39,515 nucleotides of DNA from Sulfurovum sp. GTDB lineage: Bacteria; Campylobacterota; Campylobacteria; Campylobacterales; Sulfurovaceae. How positions within the stretch are numbered: position 1 is the stretch's first letter; each line of letters begins with the position of its first letter. Under the pieces are notes generated by a model. That model had not been told where the DNA came from. It saw only the letters and a program-made list of their open reading frames with translations, and ran no database searches. The translations under genes and the position numbers were made by a program. Below, in pieces: positions 38,215 through 39,515 of this stretch. The DNA lies in NCBI GenBank assembly GCA_020721085.1, contig DYNJ01000003.1, positions 1 through 39,515 of the forward strand, given 5' to 3'.

Positions 38215-39515
38215 CGCTCGCTCTCCTCAAATTGTATTTGTCCCGATTGCAGCGCGAGCCTGTAGGCAGATGCTGCCCATGTCGCCTTGAGATTTGCCAA
38301 AATGATCCTATACTGCGTCACTTCCCGCGACGCATTGACCAGATCGAGCCACTGGCGTTTGCCCGCGATGAAAAGCCGTTTATAGGATTCGAGCACCTGC
38401 TGTGACGCATCGATGGCTCTTTGCGTGCTCTCCACTCGTCCTGAAGCGGAGCGGTAATCCGCATAGGTGAGCACCAAGGCATCTTTGAGCTCCTGCTCTT
38501 TGAGTTTAAGTTCGTCCTGAGACTGAAGCACTTTGTACTGAGCGCTTTGCATATTGGACATCGACGAGAGTCCCGCGCCCGGAGTGAAGGTGACCGCCGC
38601 ATACACAGCCGTATCGCTGCCATAGTCCTGATCCTCATACACCGAACCGCGCTGATACTCGGCACGCAAAGAGATATTTGGCATTATCGCCGCCTCTGCG
38701 TTCTTTCTTTCTGCTTCGGCAGATTTTATCTGCGAGGCAGATTTTTTGAGGAGAGGATGGGTATCGATGAGGGAAGCCTGCAGCTGCGCCAGTGAGAGTC
38801 TCTGATCCAAAAATCTGTCATGCTCATATCCGATACCGCAGCGCAGCGGCTGGCCTGTCATCAGCTCCAACTGAGCCTGCGACATAGCATGGATAGCACG
38901 CGCTCTTGTCAGATCCGCATCGATCTGCGCGATCCTCGCGTCAAGCAGCTCGGCATCCGACTCGGATGAGACCCCTGCATCTATACGCCTGTCAAGCATC
39001 TCTGAGAGCTCCTCAAGCTGCGCTTTGCCTTGGGCAAAGCCCTCCATCTCCCCGGTTGACTGGATATAGTTTTGGATGATACCCAAAATTTTCTCAGCGA
39101 CTGTATAGCTATTTTCGCCCAAGGTATGCCTCGCCTCATCATATCGCGCTGCCGCCATATCACTCATCGCGTCGAGCTTGCCGCCTGTCCACAGAGGCTG
39201 ATCCAGACGCACGGTCTCGCCATTGCGCCTGGTATCACCTGAGAGATCGGCTGAGAGCGTGGGGAAGTAGTTCCATTTGGCACTCTGCTTTTGCGCGTCC
39301 GCTCCCAGTATCATATGGCGGGATGCCCGGATGCTTGGATAGTGACGGTATCCCATGCGCAGCAGCGACTCCACGCTTTTGGAGCAAGCACCCCTGCCCC
39401 CTCCGGTCTCGCCGTAGATCGCCAGCGCGGCTTCATGCTCCGAAACACTCTGAGATTTGGCAGATTTCGATGAAGTTTGGATTTTTGAAAGAGTGCCGGA
39501 CTCTTTGGCAAGCGC
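38211..39515 (-). CDS. tolC: TolC-family outer membrane factor of the T1SS, 5' end outside the window
   Basis: The track starts it at GTG 39374, but my translation shows the frame is open up to the window edge (…ALAKESGTLSKIQTSSKSAKSQSVSEHEAALAIYGETGGGRGACSKS-VESLLRMGY…) and no signal peptide is seen. Repeated alpha-helical TolC-like halves (PTLSADLS..., LQASLIDTHPLLKKSASQIKSAEAERKNA). Confidence 0.85.
   Translation of the reverse strand, partial: ALAKESGTLSKIQTSSKSAKSQSVSEHEAALAIYGETGGGRGACSKSVESLLRMGYRHYPSIRASRHMILGADAQKQSAKWNYFPTLSADLSGDTRRNGETVRLDQPLWTGGKLDAMSDMAAARYDEARHTLGENSYTVAEKILGIIQNYIQSTGEMEGFAQGKAQLEELSEMLDRRIDAGVSSESDAELLDARIAQIDADLTRARAIHAMSQAQLELMTGQPLRCGIGYEHDRFLDQRLSLAQLQASLIDTHPLLKKSASQIKSAEAERKNAEAAIMPNISLRAEYQRGSVYEDQDYGSDTAVYAAVTFTPGAGLSSMSNMQSAQYKVLQSQDELKLKEQELKDALVLTYADYRSASGRVESTQRAIDASQQVLESYKRLFIAGKRQWLDLVNASREVTQYRIILANLKATWAASAYRLALQSGQIQFEESER

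Noticed and set aside
39372-39374. The GTG proposed by the ORF track as the tolC start.
   Set aside because: The frame stays open for all 47 upstream codons to the window edge. The GTG-initiated product would lack a signal peptide. The gene is more likely truncated by the window.

Overview
The window reads as a mostly core chromosomal segment of a Campylobacterota (epsilonproteobacterium-like) genome. Genes are densely packed, many stop/start codons overlap, and several starts are GTG or TTG. I support 37 CDS and one tRNA(CAU).

Left to right:
- a partial outer-membrane beta-barrel gene;
- groES-groEL;
- tRNA(CAU);
- two tandem PAS-GGDEF(degenerate)-EAL genes;
- a ~13 kb co-directional minus-strand housekeeping block: nadA-nadC-DHH phosphoesterase-M23 peptidase-lpxC-tsaB-thrB-ylxR-infB-rbfA-rimP-ribD-ubiE-xseA;
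- a plus-strand block: plsY-folB, an OmpR/HK two-component pair, ferredoxin, ppx/gppA;
- bamA and tyrA;
- a seven-gene MoxR/DUF58/DUF4381-like/vWA/vWA/TPR/BatD ('Bat') cluster;
- directly upstream of it and co-oriented, a TolC-ABC-HlyD type I secretion operon that runs off the right edge.

I saw no CRISPR array, transposase, integrase, prophage genes, rRNA or obvious pseudogenes.

I did not find a convincingly novel system. The only system-level accessory content is the T1SS+Bat block, and both are known architectures with poorly defined function or cargo. The other findings are small regulatory oddities:
- a 160-nt structured groES-groEL spacer;
- no canonical CIRCE upstream of groES;
- nested palindromes in the OMP promoter;
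- a plus-oriented terminator-like hairpin between two minus-strand operons.

All calls come from reading motifs by eye, with no database search. Start codons and regulatory sites are the least certain parts.
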